Source: Basidiobolus meristosporus CBS 931.73 (lineage: Eukaryota > Fungi > Basidiobolomycota). From it: a DNA stretch of 64,000 nt. How positions within the stretch are numbered: the first letter of the stretch is position 1; each line of letters begins with the position of its first letter. This document shows, one piece after another, positions 12,876 through 24,150 of the stretch. The stretch is taken from the NCBI GenBank assembly GCA_002104905.1, contig MCFE01000171.1:62001-126000 (forward strand), written 5' to 3'. The translations under genes and the position numbers were made by a program. Under the pieces are notes generated by a model. The model had not been told where the DNA came from. It saw only the letters and a program-made list of their open reading frames with translations, and did not search any database.

Positions 12876-13730
12876 GATGGTCTATTTTTGGCGAATATAT
12901 ATCTATACTAATAAAGAAGCAAGAGGTTATTTATGGGAAACAGATAACCTCAGTGGAAGAGAACTAAGGAAAAGCAAACCAACAATTAGAGAGGTGTATT
13001 TATGACTTGGAGTACCTTCAAACAACAGCGATTAAATGATTTGTAAGAGGATTTAGCGAGGCCGAGCAACTCCCTTTGTGAGCAGACTCAATGCAAGATA
13101 TAACTTTTCGAGAAACTTGCCAGCACCAAATTTTGTTCAATCGAAGCCAGTCATGACCAATCAACGCTACACGTATTATATTGGCCTTCCAACTAGTGGA
13201 TTGATATTATAAATGGAATCGAGTCTGAGTACTGCGGAGTGGATTCGTATTGCTGCTTCCCAAACTTGATTGAGCCGATGCGCTATTCATCTTGTAATTC
13301 AATGTTTAGAAACGTTCGCTTGTATAACGTATTTCACATTGCGGTAGAAAAAGGGCTTTATTTCCATTTTTGTGATGGCTGTGGAGATATCGATCATCAT
13401 CGACAGCAAGGCATATGGAACGAAGGATATAAAAGGTGTTCGAGAAAACGGAACAAGGGATATGGGAATCACGAGCTTGACCTAAAGGCATGCTCCACGT
13501 CCGATACGTGATGTTTCGCGGAGATGGCATTACTTACTTTGGTCTAGTGATATGATCGTTGCCGACCTATTCCACCTCACGTGTATAATACAGACACTCG
13601 ATCCCTTCTCAGGGGAAAGAACAGATTAACTGGTAATGGAGAGTGAATTTTTTTATGAAGAGCTTTATTTAATGCGTCGGTAGATACACCGGTAAATTTG
13701 CCGAGTGAATGAGGTGAGTTTGGTTCGTGT

Positions 13731-14045
13731 TTAAGGAGACATATCAGAGGGGTTGATACCGTCTTCTCTTTGTTGATCCCAACGTTCGATCTGAAAAGGA
13801 AAGGTTTAGTGATGAGAAGCAGCTTGACAACAGGTTCCACTTTTACTTACCCAGTCATCAGGGCAAAGGCTTCTGAAAGCGCGGTAGAATTGCTTGCAGG
13901 GAGCGAAATCTTCACCACGAGCGGTAATGCACTTGTGGTAATCTACATAGTTTTGCCAGCAGTGCTTGGTTTGGTTTTGGTTAGGGAAACGGGCATCGAA
14001 AGCGACGGTTTCGAGCTTGACGGTGAAATCAGATTCTTCGGACAT
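13731..14045 (-). CDS. COX12: Cytochrome c oxidase subunit 6B
   Basis: FDARFPNQNQTKHCWQNYVDYHKC..CKQFYRAFRSLCPDDW, then one intron ending at 13791, then IERWDQQREDG; stop at 13731. Confidence 0.95.
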
Positions 14046-14642
14046 ATCGGTGGAGTAGAGAGTGGAAACCTGGGGTGTAAGGCTGGTGAAGTCGAGAAAA
14101 ACCTGCGCTCTTGATGGATTCTTTGAACTGCTCTTCCAGCGTCGTCCCAATCCTGTGTTACAGACGGTTGGGGATGGAATCTAAGCAGGGGTGCGGGATC
14201 GCTGGGGTCAGTATTTAGGATATATTCAATGATTGAGCATTCACCCTATCCATTCACCCAATGCATGGTGTTTTATTTTCATATGGTACCCCACATCCCA
14301 GATGAATTTCCGCCGTTGGGGTAACTGAAGCCAACTGGTGAGCAAAATACGCTTTCCCGACCGGCCTCGGCAATGTCATGTGTGGGGGTGGGTGGTTTTT
14401 CTGGTTCATGTGGAAATAGCGTATTTTCATGGAGGCCAAATTATCCGCCAAATTATCTGCCAAATTATCGGGAAACACTGGTAACACTTCTGACCTATTT
14501 CCTCTAGAGGAGGGTCGAGGCCCCAAGTTTATTTACTGTCGTGGATCATTTGTTAGTAAAGTTAGGCTATGGGTACTTATGTATGATTCAAGTTAAATGT
14601 TTCGTTTTTTAAATAGTTGTTTGTACTTCTATTAATGTGCAT

Positions 14643-16091
14643 TCAAGTCACTTGACGGGAGATCACTCGGTAGTTGGCAGTATTCCTTCGAATGATATCA
14701 ACCACCGGCCCGAGAAGTCGCACAAATGCTCGCTTTCCTAGCGTGACTACCTTCAGCTTGCCCGAGGCAACGATGGTGGCGGCACGAGGCTTGTTATTCA
14801 ATAGGGCGAGCTCTATCAGGTGGAGCAAATGATCAGATACGCCATTCTTGGCTGACAAATTTAGCCATCGACTTTACCTCCAAAATAGTCGCCTTTTGTC
14901 AGGACAGATATCTGCGAAGCAAAGTTACTAGCATCTGCTTTGGTAACAATGGCCTCACCAGCTTCAATGATGTAGAAGTTCTGGCCAATATCCCCTTGGC
15001 GAATTACCACCTCTCCGTCCTCAAAGACCAGTGTTTCAAGGGCATCGGCGATTTTATGCTTTTCGTATGATTCCAGGGATGCTAGCAGCGGCACCTCTTC
15101 TAGGAAATGCTCGTACATTTTTCTCTTCGAGTTGGTACGTTCCATGAGCATTCGACGGAATGTGACCCTGTCAAGGGCCCACAATACACAGTCCGAAGTG
15201 GCCACAATGGTGGCAGCACGGGGGGCATTGTACATCAATGCTAGCTCACCAAAGCTGGCCCCAGGTTCAAAGTCGGTCACTTTTAGAGGCTCAACATCTC
15301 CTTCCTTCTCGACATAACAATCCAACGAGCCAGATTCTACAATATAGAAGTAGTCACCGATCCCGCCTTGCTTGATAACCTCCTCCCCCTGAAAGATCTT
15401 TTTCTCAGCCATTGCATCTACCGCATCTTTTTTCTGCTCTTCATCAAGGTTTTTGAATAGGAAGTTATTGGAGATGGAGGATTCAATGCGTTCCCTTTGC
15501 GCCGCGGTTTTCTCAACGACCATTTTCAAATACTCTCCATTATCCGTAGGTTCCATAGATTCTGCGCTTACCGAGGTGCGTCTGACCCGATTCAAAGCCG
15601 GGGGAATATGCTGCAGTTCCCCAACTATATCCTCTTCTTCAGAGTCATCTCCGAGAGTGGACAAAGTGTGCTGTGAAGAGGTCGCATAATCCTCAGCCCC
15701 AGAAGTGTATACCTCTTCGTCACTTACTTCAAGCATTTCTTCTAAGGCGGCGGTCATACTAAGCTTGCCCTTTGTGTCAGGTAGAAGCTCCGACTCTGAC
15801 TGGTTGGATAAGTCTATATGCAGCTCATCAAAGAGGCTTTTACTAAAGGGTACCCGGGTGGCTAAGGAAAAAAGTTGTGGAGTGAATGGGTGAGCTCGTA
15901 TCATGCTGGTTCCATCCAAACATACCTAAGCAGAGTAGCTCGGCTCTCTGCTCTTCTAATTTATGATTAAAGTAATCTCCACAAAACTGATACAGGTCCT
16001 TGGGCTGGGCTTGAACTACCTTGGTGTGCAAGTCCCGAATGATATCAGGAAAGCCACTTGGAGTTTGGTCGAAAGGGTCATTGGAAGCCAT
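14643..16091 (-). CDS. PKAR: cAMP-dependent protein kinase regulatory subunit
   Basis: N-terminal docking domain (QPKDLYQFCGDYF), inhibitory site RRTSVSAES, and two cNMP domains (FGELALMYNAPRAAT; GELALLNNKPRAAT). Two introns inferred. Confidence 0.93.
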
Positions 16092-16930
16092 GCTTTTCTC
16101 TATAGTTTCTAAGCAACCCAAAACCGTATGATCCCTTGTGTGACTAACGCAACCTGAACGTATGCTTATGAAGTCAAAGTAATGCTGGCTCAGTGAAGTT
16201 CGTCCAGGGGCCGTTAAATCTTGAGAATAAATGTCTAAAAGCACTGTGGGTCACGGCATTCTATATAAACGTATATTTTAGGAGGCCCTCCTTGAAGGTT
16301 GTGCCGAGTAGGGCCTCAGTTTAAGCAGGAGAGCAGAAGAACCGCTTCCATGCGTCTATCAGCCAAGAGATTTTGCAAAGTAACCTTGCTAGTGCAGATG
16401 TTTTGCCCAATTCTGAAGCACGCATCCAACCAATGCTAACTGCGATATCATGGATATTCTCCTAATCTACATCCATCGTCTACATTCACCGTATACCATT
16501 CATCGGTCAATATTCTCAGGATGATCTCACTCGTTCAACCAGGCAGCACTGTGTTTGCACTAATTAATGCAATCTGACGCTTTATAGGAAGATCGACACC
16601 GCTTTCGTACTGATCCATCCACTACGCTTCAACCCCATTGGATCGACACCACTTGAGAAGTCACCATGTTGACGAGCGTTGAGAATTTCGCGCAATGAAC
16701 GAATGGATACACTCATCTGTACTTCATATCGGGAAATTCCCTCAGTTTATGCATCGCTCTTCGCACCATCTTCATGGATGGAAAGGAAAATCTCCGGTTG
16801 TGGGAAGCATGCTCGGTACACGCAAGAAAGTCCGGTGGGGGCTGGACATGCCAAGGACCTCATCGTCCAAGCACTATATATAACTCCCACGGAATCGGCT
16901 CCTCTACGACTGAGTACTGCTTTTTGTACA

Positions 16931-17827
16931 ATGAGAAACCTGACCTACCTGCTATTACCACTTTTCAGCCTGCTTGGGCGAATTCAGGCGGACATCTACC
17001 TCACTGACCCGATCCGTGGAACGGTCTGGAACAAAGGGGATGTGGTCAATATCAAATGGGTCAATTTCAGCAACATGACCACTGTGGATATTGGCTTAGC
17101 CCAAGGCTCTGCACAGTCTTTGAATTTGGTTGGACCCATTGCCTCTGGAGTGGACCCCAAAGTGGGTACGTATCCATGGCAAGTACCGACCACGCTTCCT
17201 CCCGGAATCAACTACTCCGTTCGCATTGGGTCCAACGGTTTGTACTATTGGAGTCACTTCTTTTCCATCCGAGACAACCCTGACCCTCAACAGCCACCCC
17301 GACCTCTACTTGACCTTGGCCGCGGTGACTCAACAAACGGAAGCCCCAACCCCAGCCCCAGCTCCGGCCCAAACGAACCAGTGGCAACAAACGCACCATT
17401 GACCATCACGCATCCGGTGGAATCCACTATATGGAAGACCGGGGAGCAGGTGAACATCACCTGGACCAACCAACCGAACAACCTTAACCCAATGGAGATT
17501 TCCTTATCAATCGGCCCATTGAATGACCCTCGCCTGGTCACCAAGATTGCCCTCTCCGTGGATCCACGCACCCAGAGTCTGATATGGATCGTTCCGGATA
17601 CACTGACCCCCGATAGCAGCTACTCCATCCGGATGGGAAACCCACCTAATCTTATCGCCAGCAGCCTATTCATAATCCAGAGAAATTCCAGGATCTCTCC
17701 GGACGACAATGTAGATGCAAGCCATTCACAGAGTGCAGGTCAGCCACCTAATAGGGGAGCTGATTCAGGAGCTGATGCAGACGAGGAGGAGGACGCTGAT
17801 GCTGATGCTGACGATAGTGACGAATGA
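16931..17827 (+). CDS. Secreted protein with two Kre9/Knh1-like (Ser-Thr-rich GPI-anchored family) domains and an acidic tail
   Basis: Signal peptide MRNLTYLLLPLFSLLGRIQA. Two repeats of pattern ITxP..W..G..V.I.W..I.L..G...W.VP..L..YSIR. C-terminus DADEEEDADADADDSDE. Confidence 0.75.
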   Translation: MRNLTYLLLPLFSLLGRIQADIYLTDPIRGTVWNKGDVVNIKWVNFSNMTTVDIGLAQGSAQSLNLVGPIASGVDPKVGTYPWQVPTTLPPGINYSVRIGSNGLYYWSHFFSIRDNPDPQQPPRPLLDLGRGDSTNGSPNPSPSSGPNEPVATNAPLTITHPVESTIWKTGEQVNITWTNQPNNLNPMEISLSIGPLNDPRLVTKIALSVDPRTQSLIWIVPDTLTPDSSYSIRMGNPPNLIASSLFIIQRNSRISPDDNVDASHSQSAGQPPNRGADSGADADEEEDADADADDSDE

Positions 17828-18131
17828 TGGCCAGAATATAAACAATAAATAGACAGATATGTAGTATATACAAAGTGGTTTTATTTTATGTAGTCTATGG
17901 GAAAGAAAGGGTACGCATTGTTTAAACAATTAAGTATTTTGTGGGTATTCTAAGAGATGGATATCTAGGGAGAGGGTTAGGTTGGGTTGGGTTGGGTATT
18001 CTATCAAATTGTCCGAAATCCGTATCAATTTGTTCATTTCTATTTTGGTGGTCGTTATATACATAATGAACCTGCTCTTGAACAGAGAACAACGTTTCGC
18101 AACATAGACCCGATACACGCCGATTCACCCT

Positions 18132-19007
18132 TTACAAGGTGAGTCCAACGGACAACACGGAGAGCTGTCGACGGTCCTCACTATGGAGTACTCGGTTGAT
18201 CTGAACATCCAAGCAAGGGATGTTGAGAGGTGGGAGTGGGCCCCATTGTGGTGGGCTGGGCGATCTCAGGCTCGGAAGCTCATACTCTCGCTGGAGGACA
18301 GGACTTGTGGAGCTCAGCGGGCTCAATGAGCGAGGCTTTTCACTGGAGGAGGCGGATCTTGATGGAGCTTGGGAGTGAGTTTGCGAAAGCGGAGTACGCA
18401 TGTAAGAGGGCTTCTTGGAAAGACTGGGTGGGGTGAAGCTATCTTCGGCGGGCATGGCAAATCCTCCGTTGGGAGAAAACTCTTGAGTCATATCTGGGTA
18501 CAGCCCCTTGGGGATGGTGATGTGAGCAAACAATGGCTCTCTTGAGGGAGTGCGGAGGTTGCCGGAGGCAACATGGTGCTTGTTGTGGTAAGAAATAAGA
18601 TGCAAGCGGTGGCCATCAGCAGTAGTATAGCATAAGGATTGCTTGATCAAACCATCAGATTTGTATTGGAAGTGATCAGAGGACTGTTCCGGGTCAGAGC
18701 AGTAGCCATACATGGTAGGGGACTCGCTGACTTTGCCGGATTTGCGCTTGTTCTCTAATTCACGATAGGTAAGGAAGCAACCATGTACACGAGATGGGGA
18801 CCAAGTACGACCATCAGTCCATCTCTTCATACTGGCTTCTTCTTCCTCCCATACATACACCGATCCGGAGCGTAGGCTTCTGCGTTCTTTATCGCTCAAT
18901 CGTCTTTGTACCCGACGAAGTTGGCCCAGTCTGCAGGCTTCAAATATTAGAAGTGCATCATGGACATTTTCGATATATCCATAGTAGGTTTCCATCGCTG
19001 TCATCAT
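18132..19007 (-). CDS. pac2: Gti1/Pac2 (WOPR) family transcription factor, Pac2-like
   Basis: METYYGYIENVHDALLIFEACRLG..RRLSDKER..SGSVYVW..KRWTDGRTWSPSR..GLIKQS, and C-terminal EDRRQL. Confidence 0.9.
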   Translation of the reverse strand: MMTAMETYYGYIENVHDALLIFEACRLGQLRRVQRRLSDKERRSLRSGSVYVWEEEEASMKRWTDGRTWSPSRVHGCFLTYRELENKRKSGKVSESPTMYGYCSDPEQSSDHFQYKSDGLIKQSLCYTTADGHRLHLISYHNKHHVASGNLRTPSREPLFAHITIPKGLYPDMTQEFSPNGGFAMPAEDSFTPPSLSKKPSYMRTPLSQTHSQAPSRSASSSEKPRSLSPLSSTSPVLQREYELPSLRSPSPPQWGPLPPLNIPCLDVQINRVLHSEDRRQLSVLSVGLTL

Positions 19008-21458
19008 CTATATAATATGTGTTGGTGAAAGAAGGACAGAAGCAATGAAGGTAAGTCGAGGGGAGTAAATGCTTCTATAATAAATAGGCGGGTTCTTCTT
19101 GTACGACCATCGAGAAAGGTGGCTTTTATATAGCCACCAAGGAACGGTGAAACAATTCTACCTTCGATTTCAGTGTTGTCTGAGACCTACCAATAACATG
19201 CGCTCTTCCGAGTCATCCTGGAAATTGGATTTTCCTGAGAACTTGATTCGAAGCTTTAAGGACCAATTCCAGCGGCAATATATTGCTAAAAAGGTAAATC
19301 AGCATGTGGATTCTTGGCGGCTGTTGGTTACACGCTGCAAGGATTTCTAAGCTTAATTTTATTTGGTTACCCTGGATTTCAGGCTTTGTGCCTTCCTGTG
19401 GTAACGAATCAAATCTTGTTCGTTCATCCAATGGTCTTATCCCGAGCTGAATCGCATTATTATATAACCGCAATTGATCTCAATCGGGCTGTTTATTGAC
19501 CAATAGTTTCGATGATAATTGTGGTTACTCGCGCAGAAGTACCACGGAGAAACCGAAGATATATCAGTACCAGTTTGGCAGCACCTGTGAAACTTTTCTT
19601 ACTAAATCTAGAACCTTTTCACCTCTCACTCTAGAAAGGAATTTTCACCTGTGACCATCAATGGTCAGTAAGCTTATATGTGCACCTAAACAAGTATAGA
19701 TGGAAGCGTGCTGAGTATACATGATCAGGTTCCCCGACCAAAGAAATGAAAACAGAAGATCAATCAGTACAGATCAAGGTGGTTGCTGCTTAGGTTGCTG
19801 CTTCCTACTATATTTATCATATCAAAGGGTGCCCTCCCGCCCTAGATGTATCCTTTTTCCCAGATCATTAGATTCCTTAGCTAGTATCTCTACCGAGTTT
19901 CCATCCGATTCCCCTCCAGTCGGAGAAACGGATGCTTATCTGCGCATTTTTAAATCCATGCCCAGAATGGAAATTTATTCCTATGACAAGATTCAATGTT
20001 TCTTCAATAATCTCCGCTGCCACATGTTTCACACTGTCCATCCAACATACTGTCATTTGCACTTGAACTTCATATTTCCACCACCTGTTTAATATCAACC
20101 CGGCTGCCAATGTGACCAACATGATCCGGAAAGCTCGCGTTTCGATTAAGCACGCTCAGCTTTATCATCCAGAGAACTTGCTCTTACCTAGGAGCAGCTT
20201 GGAATACTGAACTTTAAATCGGTTAGACCGGGCATGGCTCGCGTCGGATTGTAAGTTATCGTTTATTCAAATGCTGATAAACTCGCATCAATCTCTATCT
20301 AAACATCCTTATATGTCTTGGTGCGTTCGCACCATAGCCCTAAGGAATCGAGATACCCGCTTGATTCCGTGGAAATACCTTTACCAGGAAGATAAGATTT
20401 GTTTGGTGTTACACAAGTTACATAGGTTGAATGTTGACCATATCATGGGGCCTTGATATGTCCTAATTAGGTGATTTTGTCATGAGTTTACAAGCTTAAT
20501 ATTCTCAAATCTCTACTGTAAGACGGATGTGAGAAGAATCATCTGTCTTTTTGGTCGTAACAAGCTTTTCTTTCAGGTACGTAGAGCAATACCTTACCGC
20601 GGTGTCAAAATTCCCACCGATTGTTGTATCTTCTCTCTCAACCCCCGGAATTACAAATCTTCTCTCGGGAAGAAGAGCTCCAAACCACACTAACCTCTTA
20701 TGGGCCCTTTCCTTCGCCAATAACTTGGGTTGAAACCGAATTTTTGGCCATCCCTGATTGGTGTAAATAATCTTCAGCGGAAGGTCATCACTACTCGGCT
20801 CGGGACAGAAAATTTTTATCATAGCACTTCTAGATGATAAGATATGGCCAACTGGGGGATATCTTGACTTTACTAAGCCTAGACTTTGGCTTTTATTTTC
20901 ACCCCGATCCCGGTATGGCAATTGGTACCGAGGCCGACTTTACCCAAGGATTGCGGCGGGATGATTCCTACTCGTAATGGAAGTTCCCCCTGTTTACGGT
21001 TAGCTCGAAGCGGGAGAGGATATTTTTAAAAGATGTGGCTTGGTGGCTTGGTTAAATATAGACCAAAATAACCATTGATCCAAACAAACTTTGTTAAAAG
21101 TAAGCTCAAGCTGACGATATAACCAGTTGGTGGGCCGCCAAAATCCCTCACTCGCTTTTAAGAAATAATGCTTATTATGAACAAAGTGCTTCGATTTTAA
21201 TGATCCTTTGGATGGGTTCGTAAATGTGTGCTCGTCACCACCACAGGTGTATTGCGAGTTAAGGAAACGTGATTAAACTTAAGCTGGATCATTACGACGC
21301 TACGGATAGCAACGGTGACTCATGGTCCCATTTTGTAGATGGATCCTTCTAAATTATATTCCACGAGTGTCACCCAGGATGGCCTACCAGCATGTTCTGA
21401 ACACTCGCAAGGTATACTTGACCACAAATTTCTCTGTCAGCCTGGTTAGCTAAAATAG

Positions 21459-22424
21459 ATGCGGGAGGTAAACTGCATCTACATTTATGACACCTCGGAC
21501 GAGGGAAGAATTCTGTATTGCTCCGAAAGCTCTGTGGACGTAACCGGATACGCCCTGGAGGAGGTCAGGGGGCAATCCGGGTACTCCTTCGTGGAGAGTG
21601 CGACCTCTCAAGTAATCCGAGAGGCTGGCTCAATCATTCGAGACGAGGATAATATGGCAACCGTTATGTACACCAATGTCAAACATAAAGATGGGGGCCT
21701 CGTTCCGATCGAGGCGGTTACCGGTCGGTGTTACGATATCGTGGTGTCGGTGTTAACAAGGGCCGATAAGGGCGAGCCACAACTGCGAGGTAAGGTTGGT
21801 AAAAAATCAGGTGAAGTGCGCCGTTTAACCTCGCCCCCTATTTGGACAACTAGCGCGACATGCCACTTTGCAAAGAACGTTCACCCAGCAGTGCGATGGC
21901 ACGATCACCACCCAGGTACAGAGTGCGGTTTTCTACCTTTCTTCGTTAAAGCTGGCGGTAACGTACTCATCTTCAAGGAGAGTCCCATCGGGTATCCAAG
22001 TGAGAAAGTCTATGCCAAGCAACCCACGAAACCATCGCCCAATATCAAGCCTATCTATCCAGAGCCAGCGGCATGCATGATCGTAGATCGGTTCACCCGT
22101 CGACTGACCATACAGTTCGCTACAAAATCCTGCGAATCTTTGCTCGGGGTGAATGCAAAGAAGTGTATTGGGCTGCCTTTTTTGAGCTACATCGATCTCG
22201 AGGAGGTTGACTCGGTGGTGAGCGATCTGGAGACGGCCAAAACCAACAATTCCGTGGCCCAAATCCATTTTTCCTTTCTGTCCCCACAATATCGGCAATC
22301 CCTACCTGTCCGGGCGGCCGTCTTTTGCGCCAACGATGGCATCATCATCAACGTTCGGCTGGCCAAGGATTGCCTGGAGAGGAACGAGAATCTGGTGTTT
22401 TTGAAATACCTCCAGAAAAATTGA
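21459..22424 (+). CDS. PAS-PAS domain protein (fungal, no output domain seen)
   Basis: N-terminal PAS (RILYCSESSVDVTGYALEEVRG) and C-terminal PAS (IQFATKSCESLLGV..IGLPFLSYI). Probable introns 21790-21853 and 21916-21977. Confidence 0.8.
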   Translation: MREVNCIYIYDTSDEGRILYCSESSVDVTGYALEEVRGQSGYSFVESATSQVIREAGSIIRDEDNMATVMYTNVKHKDGGLVPIEAVTGRCYDIVVSVLTRADKGEPQLRGKVGKKSGEVRRLTSPPIWTTSATCHFAKNVHPAVRWHDHHPGTECGFLPFFVKAGGNVLIFKESPIGYPSEKVYAKQPTKPSPNIKPIYPEPAACMIVDRFTRRLTIQFATKSCESLLGVNAKKCIGLPFLSYIDLEEVDSVVSDLETAKTNNSVAQIHFSFLSPQYRQSLPVRAAVFCANDGIIINVRLAKDCLERNENLVFLKYLQKN

Positions 22425-22477
22425 TGCGTATGTGAATGGTGGGGCAAACTCGGGTTTATTCGATGGGTTGGGGAATA

Positions 22478-23387
22478 TTACAATGTATAAGCATCAAAGT
22501 AGCCAATGGCTCCGTTAGTAAACTTTCTTCTTCTCTCACTCTTCAAGTAGGCAGCAATGCGTGGGCGAAGTTTGAATGCGTGATAGAATTGGTGAAGGTT
22601 GGGGTAAAGCTCCTCCGACAAGGCGTTGGGATCCAACAGTAGGTTGTTGTCGACCATATCGAAGGCGCAGACGTCCGCGTAGGTGAAATCACTTCCGGCG
22701 AAGTATCCGGTGTTTCCGTTTTCTACAAGGAAGTACTCGAGAACCTTCATGTAATGAGGAATGGTCTCTTTGATATATTGATCCTTGAGGCTCTCCTAAA
22801 CCGGGCATGAGTGATGGGATCTTGGTGATTATATCTTTAGGCACTTACGAAATCGGGATTGTAGCAGAGGAAACTGAACTTTTGACGCCATTCATTCTAC
22901 GTGGAGGGACGAAAATGTGAGCGGTTGGCTAAGCCTGAGATGTACTTCGATGGTACTTACGGTGCTTTCGGCGACGATGTCTGCTTGGAGTATCTCCCTT
23001 TCGTTCTTACCTTCCCCACCTGGAGGCCAGAGTTGGTTAATATGATGGCGCGTGGTTGACCCGACCAGATGCGCTTACCATGCTTGCGAGCCATGTATCT
23101 CAGGATGGCTTTGCTCTGTCTTATTTTGAGGTCTCCATGCCACACGATTGGCAGCTGCTCGAGGGGCTGCAAGGTGGGCTTTAGGGTCCACCAGACCTTT
23201 AAAGGATCTTCGAAGGTTTCGTCGGTATATGTGACTTCCTTCTCTTCTAGGAAGAGACGGAACTCTTCGGCGAGACCTCTGTAGAGAGGGCACGTAAGTA
23301 AGAAGGCTAGTATACCCAACAGAGAGAAGCGGTGACCTACCTGATGGGAAAATACAAGATGCGGTATTCGGCGGACGTGTTAGTCAT
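22478..23387 (-). CDS. Glutathione S-transferase (Tyr-type; Pi/Sigma-like)
   Basis: Spliced N-terminus ILYFPIR|GLAEEFRLFL, G-site QLP..QSKAILRYMARKHG, and C-terminal GSDFTYADVCAFD..YPNL. Several introns. Confidence 0.85.
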
Positions 23388-24150
23388 GCGGGCGGGTGGG
23401 TTGTAAGGTTAAGGAGTGGAAGTCGTCACCAAACTGTGAAGCTAAAAATGGTCGTGGTGGAGCTATTTGTATTTGGCCAAGTCGGTCCAGGAACTTCCAA
23501 ATCCATGATTTGATCCAGAATGTCCGGGTCGCCGTGGTCCGGTGATATTGGTTAGTTATTCTAAAACCAATGGTGACTTACACCAATGCTGTTTGCTATC
23601 ACACTGTATACCCAGTGATTCCCCACTATCACCCCCTCTGTTGCGTTCCCACTCTGCAGGCAGCTGGAATTCAAAATTTTCGTCGTTGAAAAATTTGATT
23701 TCCACTGAGCACGGATGCACTTCCCACTTTCGGCGTTCGTGCGCATTTCTCAGGCTAAATAAGTCAAGTTCCACGTGACACCGAGTGCAGGACTCAAGTA
23801 GGAGTGGCGTATGATACGCTAATATTGAATCATTTAGTGGCACAGAGCATTCATGTAAACAGATAATCTTGCTTTTGGTAACAGGAGCCGAATTCCATTC
23901 AAACCTTTATTCAAGTGCATGGATGATGTCAAAGTTGAGTGGATTCGATGAAATTGTGGCGGGTGTATTACGTGCGGGGGAGGAGGATGTAAGGAATGCT
24001 ATGATAGTGAGGTGTATCTAAATGGTAAGGTACCAGCACCTGACACACTTCTTGCCTCAATATTCTATTTGATGCAAGCTGTGATGGTTTGTGAGTGGGC
24101 GGAGTTCAGAAAGTATTAACAGTAGGTCGATCAAATGTACAGATGTTGGA

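Noticed and set aside
20150-20921. 138-aa ORF and adjacent broken frames as a Tc1 or pogo transposase remnant
   Set aside because: Only faint motif resemblance and no TIR/TSD found. Probably the Pac2/PAS divergent intergenic region; needs an HMM search.
23556-23843. 95-aa ORF between GST and HRI
   Set aside because: No recognisable domain; it probably overlaps the HRI 3' UTR or GST promoter.
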